64,000 nt of DNA from the NCBI RefSeq assembly GCF_009914755.1, contig NC_060939.1; one strand, given 5' to 3'. Shown one piece after another: positions 50,761 to 62,312 of this stretch. The position numbers and the translations under genes are program-made. Positions within the stretch are counted from its first letter, which is position 1. The number at the start of each line of letters is the position of its first letter. The notes beneath the pieces are model-generated. The model did no database searches and was not told the DNA's origin. It was given only the letters and a program-made list of their open reading frames with translations. This DNA comes from the human T2T-CHM13v2.0 reference genome, Homo sapiens.

Positions 50761-53700
50761 TTACTCCCTTGCACGGGTTCGAATTCTCCCAGGAGCCACT
50801 GTCAGAACCCAAATTGGAAGGGAGTGCATGAGGGAGGTACTGCCCTGCAGCTCCACGGACTCGTCTTCTCGGGTCATCCCGAGTCCCCCCCTCTGTGGAG
50901 CTCAGAGTAGGAGGTGGCTGGAGTCTGGAGGAAGAGGATCCGTATGGGCCAGGTCCCTAGAGAGAGTGCTGGACTCCCCTGCCCTTCCCTGTACAGGGCC
51001 TCCCCGCAGGTGCCCTGGCTTGCTTGGTTCTGACCCCTCCCTCATTACCCCACCATGACCCTGCGGGCTGCAAGCAAGCCCAGGGCCCAGCCACCTCGGG
51101 TGAGCAGTTAGAAGCCCAGGTCCTAGGACTGAGCCTGTCACCCTTGGCCTCTCAGAAGACCAGGCCTAAGCCAAGGGATCTTTGGGTGGGAAACTGGGCA
51201 GGCCTTCTGCCCGGGGGGAGGTAACGGAGCATTAGCACCATGCCCCCACCTTCTGGCACCCTGGGCAGCCCATTCTCCTAGGCTCTTTGTGGCCCAGACC
51301 AGGTGTCAGGAAGGGGTGTGTCCAGCCAGCAGATTTTTTGGAGCTTAACTACCAGTTCACTTCCCCGCCCATTTTGTACACCCGGGAACCGAGGCTCAAA
51401 GGGAGAAGTTGCTACCCCAGGCCTCTAGTGGAGTTAGGCTGGCTGTCCTTTCATCCCCAGCTATACAGGGCTGGATGGCTGTGGGTGGAAGGAAACCAGG
51501 CAGGCACCTTCACCCACTGGGGACACAGGCCCCCAGCCCGGCCCCAGAGGGACCTTGTTGGTTGAGCACGTGCTTCCCTGCAGAGGGCTGGAGGGAGTGA
51601 AAGGGCTTCCGGCTCCAGCTGTGGCTGGGTCAGCTAGCAGGAGATGTGGGGAATGTGTGGTGTATGGCCATCTGTGTGGTGTGGCAGGAAGGTCCGGTCC
51701 TGGCCCCGGCTCTGAGTTGAAACAACCTGGTGGTCAGTCCTGACCCAGCACTCGCCACACCTATGGCCCAGCTGGCACAGGAGCAGCCAAGTTCAGGATA
51801 TAAATGGGGTCACATGGGAACCGTGGAAGCTCTGTCTCCACTGGCAGCAGGCTACAGACTGGGGACATGGGAGCATTGTGAGAGTGGGGACACCCAGGGG
51901 GCCTGTTTCAAGCTCCTAGTACCCTGGCGGTTCCAGTGTCTTTCTTGGTTGTGGCCACAGCAGGAACAGGGCAAGGACAGCAGGGGTGAGGTTGAGGCCT
52001 GGCAGGATCCTCTGGCCCAGGAGAGCAGGCATTGCCCTGGTGGGTGCTGAGCAGTGTCTGGGCTCCCTTGGAGCTGCTGGCAGTTTTGTCCTGCTGGGTC
52101 CCTGCTCACGATTTAGGGTTTTTTTGTTTTTTCACTTTTTTTTCTGGCTGTCCTGACATGCACAGTGGAGGGGACCCAGATGTCCTGGGCCTGTGAGACT
52201 CCCCTCACATGGCCCCACACCCAGCCCTAACTTCCTTTCCAGCCTGAGGGACTGGGGCTGGAGCCTGACATGGTTAGCTCCCTCCCACCCCAGTCAGCCT
52301 TTTTAATTTTTATTTTATTTTATTTTATTTTTTTACCAACTGTGAGCTGTGAAGGTGTGATCCAGGGTCCCAGGGCCTTTGAAGAAAGGAGTCTGGCTTC
52401 TGGCTGGCACGTGTGCAGGGATGTGCTTTTCATTGGTGAGCTTGGTGCCCTCCACCCTCTCAGAAGCAGCTGCTCTTCTCTCTGCATTGGGTCAGGGGCA
52501 AGGAAAAAGCAGAAAATGTTCCCATTCACCACCGCAGGGGGGCCAGACCCCAAAAGGCTGAGCCACACAGAGTGGCCCTCGGCAAGGGTTGGAAATTTCG
52601 GGGACAGAATGCAGCTTCCTCCAAACAAGTATAGGTAGGGGTTGAGACCCAGGATCCACAGTGTGACATGGCTGCCCCCCAAAGGGGGCAGACCCACCTG
52701 GGTGCGGTTCTGGGCTCCATCTTTTGAAGGATTTTAAAACCTTGACAGGTCATCTTCAAAGAGCCAGGGATGTTGACTGAGTCTGGGAAAGAGAAAGTAG
52801 GGACAGATTCTCATATGTCTGAGGGACTGTCCCAAATGAGAAAGGCATCCCATGGCAGAAATTGTCCCAGACACGTGGGCCAGAGCTAGGGAGCAGGTGG
52901 GTCCCAGGGAAGTGAATCTGAGCTCATTATAGGGAAAACATGAATGTACTCATTTTCTTGATTTAGAAAATAACAAAACAGCGCTACAGGAAATTTAGAA
53001 AATGAAACAAAAATCACCCACTATTTCTTCAGCAGGCAGTGACTGTGTTAGCATTTTGGAGTTCACTGCCAGTCTTTTCCCCATCCTTTTCCTTCATTGT
53101 CGTTGTCACTGGAGTGTGTGTGCCGTGACACCTTTTTTCATTTAATACTGCGTCTGTGGGCATTTTCTCATGGTGCTACGCGGTCTAAGTAACGTTGCTT
53201 CTAAAAAGCTACAGAACATTCTAGGCTGGCCTGCTGCAGCGCCATCACCCATACACTGGAGCGTGTGCATTTTTCCCCTCTGTTGCTGTTGTGGTTGTCG
53301 TTACTATGAGTCCCAAAAGCAGCCAGGGTGTTGGAGGGCACAAGCAACTTGGCACCCAACTGAATGTGGGTTCCAGGCCCAGACATGCCACTTAGGCCCA
53401 GGGTAGAGGGACCTTAGACAGGTCACTGACCTGCTGAGCCTCGTTGATATAAATAACAGGATGGTAACACCTACTTCAGAGGAAGGTGTAAGGACAGTGT
53501 CAACTAACTAACCAAGGGACTCTAAAGTGCCTGGCACAGCCCTTTCTTCACTCCCTCTGTGAGTAGGATTGGCATTGTTGAAGGAGTGCCCACTGCTGGC
53601 TGCCTCAACCTGTGGGGAAGGTGCCTGAGCCACGGGCCAATGTTGACTGACCACTCACCTGGCAAAGAGGTGGTCTCCGCCTGAGGAGCCCCTGTGAAAC

Positions 53701-53896
53701 CCCCTGGCCCTGAGGTTCTAGAATACTATGGCCAGTGCCCTTGCCTGCCTTCCCTTCTCCCCATTACCATATGATTGGCTGGCCTAGGACATGGGGCTGG
53801 CCCTGGGAAGATGGGCTGCTGGTTAGGGTCCGGGACCTGACTCCACCCATTCCCCTTCCGGTCTCCCAGCATCAGAGCTAAATAGACAAGGCCTCT

Positions 53897-53909
53897 TCTC
53901 TCTCTCTCT

Positions 53910-53989
<80 letters not shown>

Positions 53990-54258
53990 ATGGAGTTTTG
54001 CTCTTGTTGCCCAGTCTGGAGTGCAATGGCGCGATCTTGGCTCACCACAACCTCCGGCTCCCGGTTTAAGCGATTCTCCTGCCTCAGCCTTCCAAGTTGG
54101 GATTAGAGGCATGTGCCATCACGCCTGGCTAATTTTGTATTTTTAGTAGCGATGGGGTTTCTCCGTGTTGGTCAGGCTGGTCTCAAACTCCTGACCTCAG
54201 GTGATCCACCCACCTCGGCCTCCTGAAGTGCTGGGATTATAGGCGTGAGCCACTGCGC
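53897..54258 (-). repeat. Antisense Alu with compound tail (TC)8-T30-(GT)22
   Basis: Directly visible; GCCTCTTCT recurs at both ends as a probable TSD. Confidence 0.92.
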
Positions 54259-56615
54259 CTCTTCTGTAAGAGCCTGGCTGCCTCCTGCCTCCCAGCTCTG
54301 GCTAGGTCAGCCCAGCTTGGCATTTTCCCAGAGGAAATAGAGGCCTGCTTAGCCTGAGACTTAGACAAGGAACCCAGGCATCCTGAGCCCCAGCCCAAGA
54401 ACAGCCATGCCAGCCTCATCTTCGCACCCTGTTCCAGTAGCCAAGGAAGGGAAAGAAGCTGGGAGATTAAGGGTAGGGGGATTCTGGAGCCTCCCAGAGC
54501 TTCCCAGGAGGGAGTTGGACACATCGGGAAACTCATGTTAGCCTCCCCCTCCTCAGCAGGTGTTCCCCAGGTCTAACCTGAGTGTGTATCACTGTGACAC
54601 ACCTGCTTCCTCTTGTTCTACTTTTGTGGAGACCAGGGTAACTGGGAGTGCCCTCCTACAGCCACCCCGTGGGCAGTAGCAGGACACCAGTCTCCTCCTG
54701 GCAACCCTGGGCCTAAGAGACTGTAGCCCCAGATGACCCTAGGGTGGCCCAGGACTAACCTAAGGAAGGGGTCCTCCCCCAGGTGGCCCATTCAGTGCAG
54801 AGGTCCCTTGGGCACACGACTTCAGACTCCAGCTGCCAAACTTTGGCCTGTGGAGTATCTCCTCCTCCCTGGTCTTAGTGTAAGGGAAGTGGGCATGACA
54901 ACTGCCCTCCTGTCCCACAGCTTGGGATGGGATGAGGTCACAGGGTGGGGTCCGCCCCAAGATGCTGGCCTGGCCTGGCTCAGATGAGAGCCCTTTGGGT
55001 GTTTCTCAGTTTCCCCCGCCCTTGGTTGGGGACAGGATGGGTGGAGGAGCAGGCCACCCCCAACGCCCGGCAGGGAGCACTGCCTCCCTTCCCCCTCTCC
55101 TCTGGGTCCCTTCATCCAAGGGCTGGAAATAGAATCCGCTAAGTAATGATTAAAGTCAAATTCAGACCTAAAAATAAAGAGCTGGTGAAGGAAGAGCTGG
55201 TGCTCCCTGCATGGCTGAGGGGAGAAGTGAGCAGGGAGAGGCTGGCTTTGGGTGGCTGAGCCCCTGCTCCTCGGGATCAGAAGTACTCCACCAGTTGGGG
55301 GGGTGCTCTTTTATCTGCCATGATGTGGCCCATTAAGTGTAGACGGCACCACTCAGGGCAGACTGGCAGGACCCATTAGAAAAAAAATCCCATTTTTCCC
55401 ATGGGGAAACTGAGGCCCAGAAAGGAGAAGTGGTTTGTCAAGCGACTATTTGAGAGCTCCCCTCAGCAGGCCCCCAGGGACTGGAGGGCCCTGTGCAGCC
55501 CAGCCTGCCCTTTCTGCCTGCTCAGTTTCTCTTCCTGGTTTTGAGGTGCTAAGATGAAGTCAGCTTCTCATCACACACTAGCTGTGCACACACCCTCCAA
55601 CCGCAGCTTCCCTCCACCCCTCCTTCTGTGGTCTGGGCCCAGAGTCGAAGGAACAAGTAGAAGAGAGGCTGCTTGGTGCCCCCCTGGCTGTCCTGATCAT
55701 GGCATGGTTGTAAGCCTCGTGGGCAGGCGAAAACCTGGGCATCATCTGCCCCACTTGGACCCTGGCTGCTGCTTCTCAGCCCAGCCTGACACCTGGTCCT
55801 CATGCAGACTCGCGCATCTATCTATCTGCAGCTTGTGCTGTCCGTGCTGCAGGGAGACAGGAGGGAAGGATGAAGAGCAAACCCTGAGAGCGCCTCTGCT
55901 GGCGGGTAGAGGAGACGAGGAGTCAGTGAGGGGAGGCCTGTGGTTCTCACTTCCTGGCAGAGCTGGTAGGAGCTCTGAAGCTGGGGCTCTGCGTGGGCTG
56001 GGGCAGCCTGGAGGGCCTCCTGGAGGGGAAGGTCCTGTGAAAGTTGAGAAGTGTTTGAAGAAGAAGCGTGGTAGGAGGAGAGGTCCTTGTTTGAAGCTTC
56101 TGCCCTCTCTAGGGCTGCTGGCTCTTTTCTGTGTGTCCCTCGACAGGCTCTTGGCCTCTCTGAGAGGCTGGGGTATGCAGACAAGCAAGAAGTGGGCACA
56201 GAAGTACCTCTGCTTCCCAGAGCAGAACAGCCAAGCTCTGGGCAGACCTCCCCTCGGTGCCCCCCACCTGTCCATTTTCAGGGTGTCATCTGTCCTGCAC
56301 AAGGAAAGGTGGGAAGAAAGGTCCCCTAACCAAGGTTCAGACAACTCTGAGCTCAAGTACCCACACAGCTAGTTCCTCCTCTGTCAGAGATCACCAGTCC
56401 TTGCCCTATGGGGTGTTTGAAGGATTAAGTAACTAATGCAGTGCCCCAAACCCGGTTGGGTCAGTCAGCTGTAACTCCCGTGTTCTCATTCTGCAGCCCA
56501 TCCTGCTGGAGGAGTGTACTGGTAACACCCCCATCTCCCTTAAGTAGTAGCAAGTCTGTCCTTTGTGTTGATCCCCACAGCTTTACCTTCTGAGCTGTGT
56601 GTTCTGCAGATCCTG

Positions 56616-56701
56616 GTTCTGAAGTGGGGAGACCAGAAATCTGGGGGCCGAAGTTTTAGACAGCTTATGGGCCTCCAGCCATCAGTCTCCCCACCTAGAA
56701 T
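56616..56701 (-). ncRNA. MIR4513: MIR4513 precursor hairpin; mature miRNA at 56667-56688 (minus strand)
   Basis: Inverted arms visible: GTTCTGAAGTGGGGAGAC...GTCTCCCCACCTAGAAT. Minus-strand 22-mer AGACUGAUGGCUGGAGGCCCAU matches recalled miR-4513 except at nt 8. Confidence 0.88.
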
Positions 56702-58411
56702 GTGGCCAGGAGACTTCCGGGTGAGGGACAAGAACATGACTTTGAAGGGTCCATTGAAGGCTAGTGCTGAGAGGCTATATGCAAATGCAGGCAAATGAAG
56801 ATGCAAAGACCACATCCTGTGCTAAGGGGGTGGGGGAGCAGAGGCCTGGGTTAGGGCCCTGGGGAGGCCCAGAGTCCCCATTGCCCAGCGCACATAGGTA
56901 ATTAGGCTCCTGAGCGGTAATTAGAAACCTTTCTGGGCCAGGAATGGCAGCCTCAAGCCGCAGCGGTGCCTGGGGAGTAGGCTCCCCATTAGCCTGCTCT
57001 AACCCCAGCCCCCACCTCTCCCAAACCACTAGACGGGATTTCCGGTCCCACTGAACCATTGGGGGCAGGGGAAAAAAAGCCAGTGTGTTGCTATAATTTG
57101 GTATTTATCCATTAAATCCGCCCTTCTCCTTAGGTCAGGGTGCTGACGGGAGCCCCGGGATGGGGGTAGGGCAGCGTGCCCTGGAGCCAGAGCAGGCATT
57201 CTTCTGTTCCTTCGTAACCGCCCCGGGAGGTGTAGGCATCTCCAAGACCCTGGCGCCCAATTCTGCTGCTGCTCACCCTGAGACACCTGTGCAGTGGGGG
57301 TGCTGAGGGACCACCAGCGCAGGCTGCGGGGGTCAGTGGAAGCCCTCCGGCACCCTTCCTTGCCTGATGTGTGGTGGGGAATGTCACAGTGCCTCAGCCT
57401 GGTGTCCTCTGCAGAACCAGAGGTGGAGCTGATTTTATTGCTGCCAAACTTGCCCAACTGCTGGTGGGTGCCCCGCCCTCCTCAGGTGCACTGCCCTTTG
57501 GAGGGGCGGGCCCAAATCTGAAACTTAATTCTGCCTGTATCTGTACTATGACCTGTAGGCCCTGCTCGGAGGTTCCCTGGGCCCCCATCCTGAACCTTCT
57601 TCAGTCTTCATTAACTCGCTCTGTACCACAGTTTGCAGTCTTAATCCTGGTTTACTTCAAGGCGCCCCTCTCTCAGTCACTTTCCCCTAAAATCCTTCTA
57701 GCTCCTGCTCCCCTCACCCATCTTCCTGGAAGCCTTCCCGGGTGGCCCCTGTCTCACAATCTATTGAGGCACTGAACATACCAGGCCATGGCTGACCATC
57801 CAGTAACCAGGAGGACAGGAGCCGGGTCTGCATTTTGTGGTGGTTCCCAGCATCCAGCCCTGGCTTGTGCACAGAGGAGAGGTGTGTGAGTGGTGACCTT
57901 GGGTCCCCAAAGGCAGGACCTCTTGAGTCCTTTCCTTCTCCACCCGGATATCCTGGCCTACCAAGCATGGCTCTGGGCACACAGGAAGGCTTCTAAAACA
58001 CTGGCTCAAAGAATGAGAAGGCAAGGTGGACCTTGCTGTTGCCTGTTTTGCCTCCAGTGGCTGTCCCCATCCCCCAGAGCATCCAGCTAGGTCCTGTGGC
58101 AGCACCAGAATCTCCGGGGGCCAGGGCCCTGAGTTCCCCCAGGTCTTTTGTGCAGTTCCCTTTTCAGTGGGTATTTTTAGCTGGGCGTAAACAGTTACTG
58201 AAGGCTCCCACGCCCCATTAGGCAGCAGAGTTTTGGCAAGGGGGAAGGGCAAGGGAGCCCCTTGACCTCCCCTGGCCCTCAGCACGTGCCTGGCCTTGGG
58301 GGTCTACAGCTGCTTCCAGGGTAGGAAAAGGGCAGCCTGGGAGTTTCTGGGCTCCCAGTTCTTTCTCCCCACTCCTTGTCAGCCTGGGCTCACAAGAAAG
58401 GCTGCCTGAGG

Positions 58412-60989
58412 CTGCAGCCACTGACCTCAGCGCTTGGGCACAATGCCAGCCTGTTCCCGGGACCCCAGCACAAGGGCTGCTGGGAGCCGGGTTTAGGGCA
58501 GGAAGTCAGAGTGAAGCACTGGTCCTGCCACATCCCAAGCCCCTTGTCCCCTAGCCCTGCGGGAATGGGGTGACAGCTGCTGTCCCTTTGGGGTTAACTA
58601 TAGTCCTATTGGTTATGAGACCTCGGTGTGGTACAGCCAGCCTGGCGTCCCCTTTTTTTCATTCGTTCATTCATTCATTCATTCAGCACTCATTTACTGA
58701 GCAGCCGCTTTGGGCCCAGCCCATGCAGACGTGAGTCAGACCCTCACTTTCCCCCTGCAGAGCTCCCAGTCCACCCTAAACCACAGGCCACAACCAGTGA
58801 GGTTCTCACTGGAGCACGGGGATGTGTGAGAGGCCTTGGAGGCCTCGGCAGCCAACACAGCTGGGGACCCAAGGAATTCTCCAGAGAGAGGTGATTTACA
58901 AAAAGTTTCTTATTTCCAGTTTTAAGGGGGAAGGTAATAGATGCATGTGGCTTTAAAAAAATAATAATAATTTTTTTAAAAGCCCAAAAGGACAAAATAG
59001 CAAATGAACAGTAAAAAGTAAGTTTCTCTTGAACTTGATCTCACTTTCCCTTCTCATCCTAGAGGCAACCTCTGTTACCAGTTTCCTCTGTCTTTCAAAA
59101 GATAATCGAGGCATATTTGAGTTTAGGGAGGTGTTGCATTAATACCTCTTTAAAAACACAACTTGTAGTATTCCATAGAGAACCTGCACCTGGCTTTTTT
59201 TTTCACAGCCTTTTATTTTGAGTATTTGAAACCTACCAAAAAGTTGAAGTAATAGTATAATGAATATTCATATATCCTTCATGCAGATTTGCCAGTTCTT
59301 AACATTTTGCCACATTTACTCTATCTCTTCTTTTATCTACATAGACATATGTGTGTATGTATTTTTTGCTGATTTGAGTGTTAGTTGTAGGCATTGCATC
59401 TTTCACCCTAAGAACTTTAGCGTGTATCTCTTATATAATCACAATGTCATGATCACACTTAAGAAAATTGACATTAATTCCATATTATCTACTATGTCCA
59501 TTTCCCCTCTCCCCGAGTGATTTTTATAGCTGTCCCCCCGACCACCCCTTGATATAGAATTCAATTCAAGATCATTTATTGAATCTTGTCATGTTTCTCT
59601 AGTGTCCTGTTCAATCTAGAACATTCTCCAGCCCTTTTTTTGTTTTGCTCTTTTATGACATTGACATGAAGAGTCCGGGCCAGTTGTTCTGGATTTGTCT
59701 GATTGCTTCTCCCTGGTTGGAGTCAGGTGGAACAGCTCTGGCAGGAACGCCCCCCCGGGCAATGCAGAGTCCTCCTCCAGGAGGCACTTAGTGTCCATGC
59801 GTCACCTTGCTGGTGATGCTTCACTGGATCACTTGGTTCCGGGGTTGTCCGCACGTCTCCCTGTAGTGCAGGTGCTCCTTCCTCTTTCCAATTAGCCTGT
59901 GGGATGGGACTTGGAAGCTGTGTCTGTTCTGCTCCCCTGGCAACTTTTTCTTCAATGACTTGAGCTGGTGTTTTGCCATTTTCCATACTCTATCATGGGG
60001 AGTGTTCAGTATCGGCATCTAGAGATCTCCCCTGGCCCCATCACAGCTAGAGCTATGCTGTCCCCTTTCAGGGACATCTTGTAATTTATCCACCCAGCCC
60101 CCAACTGATGGACATAAAGGCTGTCTCCCCATCATCTCCTGCTACTACAGACAGCACTGCAGGGACTGTCCTGCTGTGTTTTTTTAAGGCATGGGTACTC
60201 CAGAAGCAGTTGCTCAGCTGCACCCCCAAGGTTGAGTGGAAGTCCCTCGGTAAAGGAGGAGGAGAGAGTGTGAAGGGAATGGCAAGGCGGGGAGGGAGAC
60301 AGGGCACAGGTGTCCTGGCAACAGCAGATGGGAAACAGGTCTGGCTAAGGTACCAGAAGCCAACAAGTCCCAGAAAGGTCAAGTGACTTTCCCAAGGTCA
60401 CACAGCAAGTTGATGGCAGAGCTGGGTACAGGACTCAGAGCATCTGACACCCAGGACGATGTTCCTGCACTGTTCCATAGAGTAGCCCGACTCTTAAGTT
60501 TAAATAACCCCAGGAAGGACCCCCTCTCTGTGCCTGACCCCCGCTGGGTTGTAGAGGCCTAAGTTTGCAGTAGCTCCTCCCAGCCACTCTGGCTGTCAGC
60601 CTCTGACCTGCAGTGGGAGGGTCTCACCTTCTGGAGATGTTTTAAGGAGGGGACCCCGGCCTAGGCACTAGCTGGGAAGCCACTGAGCCATCTTGTCTGC
60701 GGCCACTGACGTCAGTGCTTGGGCACAATGCCAGCCTGTTCCCGGGACCCCAGCACAAGGGCTACTGGGAGCCGGGTTTGGGGCAGGAAGTCAGCGTGAA
60801 GCACTGGTCCTGCCACATCCCAAGCCCCTTGTCCCCTAGCTCTGTGGGGGTGGGGTGACAGCTGCTATCGCTTTGGGGTTAACTATAGTCCCTTTGGGGT
60901 TAACTATAGTCCCATTGGTTATGGGACCTCAGTGTGATGTAGCCAGGCTGGATTCCCCCTTTTGTTTGTTCATTTATTCATTCATTCAG
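58412..60989 (+). repeat. Dispersed direct duplication of ~280 bp (copy A 58412-58686, copy B 60697-60989)
   Basis: Long identical runs, e.g. GCTTGGGCACAATGCCAGCCTGTTCCCGGGACCCCAGCACAAGGGCT and GTGAAGCACTGGTCCTGCCACATCCCAAGCCCCTTGTCCCCTAGC, occur in both copies. Confidence 0.95.
59050..59960 (-). mobile_element. Degenerate old L1M (L1ME/MC-like) remnant in CSK intron 1
   Basis: AT-rich block with TTTTATTTTG...AAAAGTTGAA...ATAGTATAATGAA...TTAACATTTTGCCACATTT, typical of antisense old L1 tails. Confidence 0.5.
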
Positions 60990-61781
60990 GGGTCTCATGA
61001 CCCCACCAGGGAGGAGCCGTCCAAGAGAGTTAGCAGCTCCCACTTGCAAGATGTCTGTGGCAAGGCAGGCACTGTTCTGGTGCTGAGAGCTCAACTCCAG
61101 TCCTCACAGCAGCCCCCAGAGCCAAGGAGTATCACCAGTCCATTGCACAGATGGGGAAGCTGGGTTCTAGAGTCACAGCCAGCAGAGTAAAGGTGATGAG
61201 TTTAGCCCTCTTCCCTGTTTCCAGACCCTCTGAGGCCTTCAGAGCCCAGCTCCTTGAGGCAGCCCACCCCGACCGCTCCTAGGCTTACCCTTCCCTGAGC
61301 ACCGCCCCTGTGCCCCTCATAGCTGCTTCTGCCTCCTCCCTCCTCCCTCCTCTCCCTTGCCCCTAGGCTAGTGTGGTCCCCATGGCAACTCCTGGGGCCT
61401 GTCCGGCAGGGAGGCACGGGGCTATGGGGAGGGCTGGCTCAGCAGCTCAGGAGTTTGACACCTGAGGGGGACAGAATGCTCACTCAAGGTGTGGCCCTAG
61501 GGACCCCCGCCTTGCCCCTGTGGGCCTCACTTGGGGTTCTCATCTGCAAAATGGGGATAATAATAGCTTCTCTGTCTCAGAGTTGTTAGAGGATGTGATG
61601 AGCCATAACGTGCCAAGGACAGGGCCTGGCACAGAATAAGTGCTCAGAAAACAGGGCCTGTTATTATTTTTATTATTATAATCAAGGCAGTGGGGAGGCG
61701 GCGGTGGCAGTAGCTGTAGGCCAGGAAGGGAGTGTTTGCAAACTGACAGCTGGAAGGGTGACTAACAGCGCAGCAGCCTCC

Positions 61782-61800
61782 GCGCCCCCCTGTGGTGGCA
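61782..61800 (-). promoter_or_regulatory. CTCF-like motif (reverse)
   Basis: Reverse complement reads TGCCACCACAGGGGGGCGC, similar to the CTCF core CCACCAGGGGGCGC with two mismatches. Confidence 0.45.
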
Positions 61801-62033
61801 GGGAGTTTGGGGAGGAAGGGGGAGGCATGGGGATGTGGAATGCTAGCAGGGCCCCTATTCAGAAGGACCTAAAGGTTGGGGGCCCAGCCAGCCCTAGTGG
61901 GACCCTAATTCAAGCTCTGTCACCCCTAACTAGCTATGTGACTTCAGGCAAATTGTTCAACCAGTTGAGCCTCAGTTTCCGCTTCTGTAAAATGGGGGTA
62001 AGAGGGTTAGAAGAGCTCACAATCCTCCTTCCC

Positions 62034-62312
62034 TCCCCGCCACCCCCACCCCCACAGCTTACAGTCCACAGGAGGCAGGGGCAAGGGGTCCTCACCACCC
62101 CCACCCCCACAGCTTACAGTCCACAGGAGGCAGGGGTAAGGGGTCCCTGCCACCCCCACCCTCACAGCTTACAGTCCACAGGAGGCAGGGGTAAGGTAAG
62201 GGGTCCCCGCCACCCCCACCCCCACAGCTTACAGTCCACAGGAGGCAGGGGCAAGGGGTCCCCGCCACCCCCACCCTCACAGCTTACAGTCCACAGGAGG
62301 CAGGGGCAAGGG
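62034..62312. repeat. Minisatellite, 5 x ~55-bp unit
   Basis: Unit TCCCCGCCACCCCCACCCCCACAGCTTACAGTCCACAGGAGGCAGGGGCAAGGGG starts at 62034, 62089, 62144 (60 bp), 62204 and 62259. Confidence 0.97.

Noticed and set aside
49534-50812. Overlapping 230-324 aa ORFs on both strands
   Set aside because: Expected stop-codon scarcity in a CpG island; Ala/Arg/Gly/Pro-rich with no recognisable domain, and several start at non-ATG codons.
52900-55100. Allele calls for CSK intronic trait SNPs (rs1378942, rs34933034)
   Set aside because: They probably fall in this interval, but I cannot recall the flanking sequence well enough to place or genotype them.
55554-56372. 272-aa and 204-aa opposing ORFs in CSK intron 1
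   Set aside because: No recognisable homology, domain or exon structure; compatible with chance in GC-rich DNA. Only ribosome profiling or codon-conservation analysis could rescue them.
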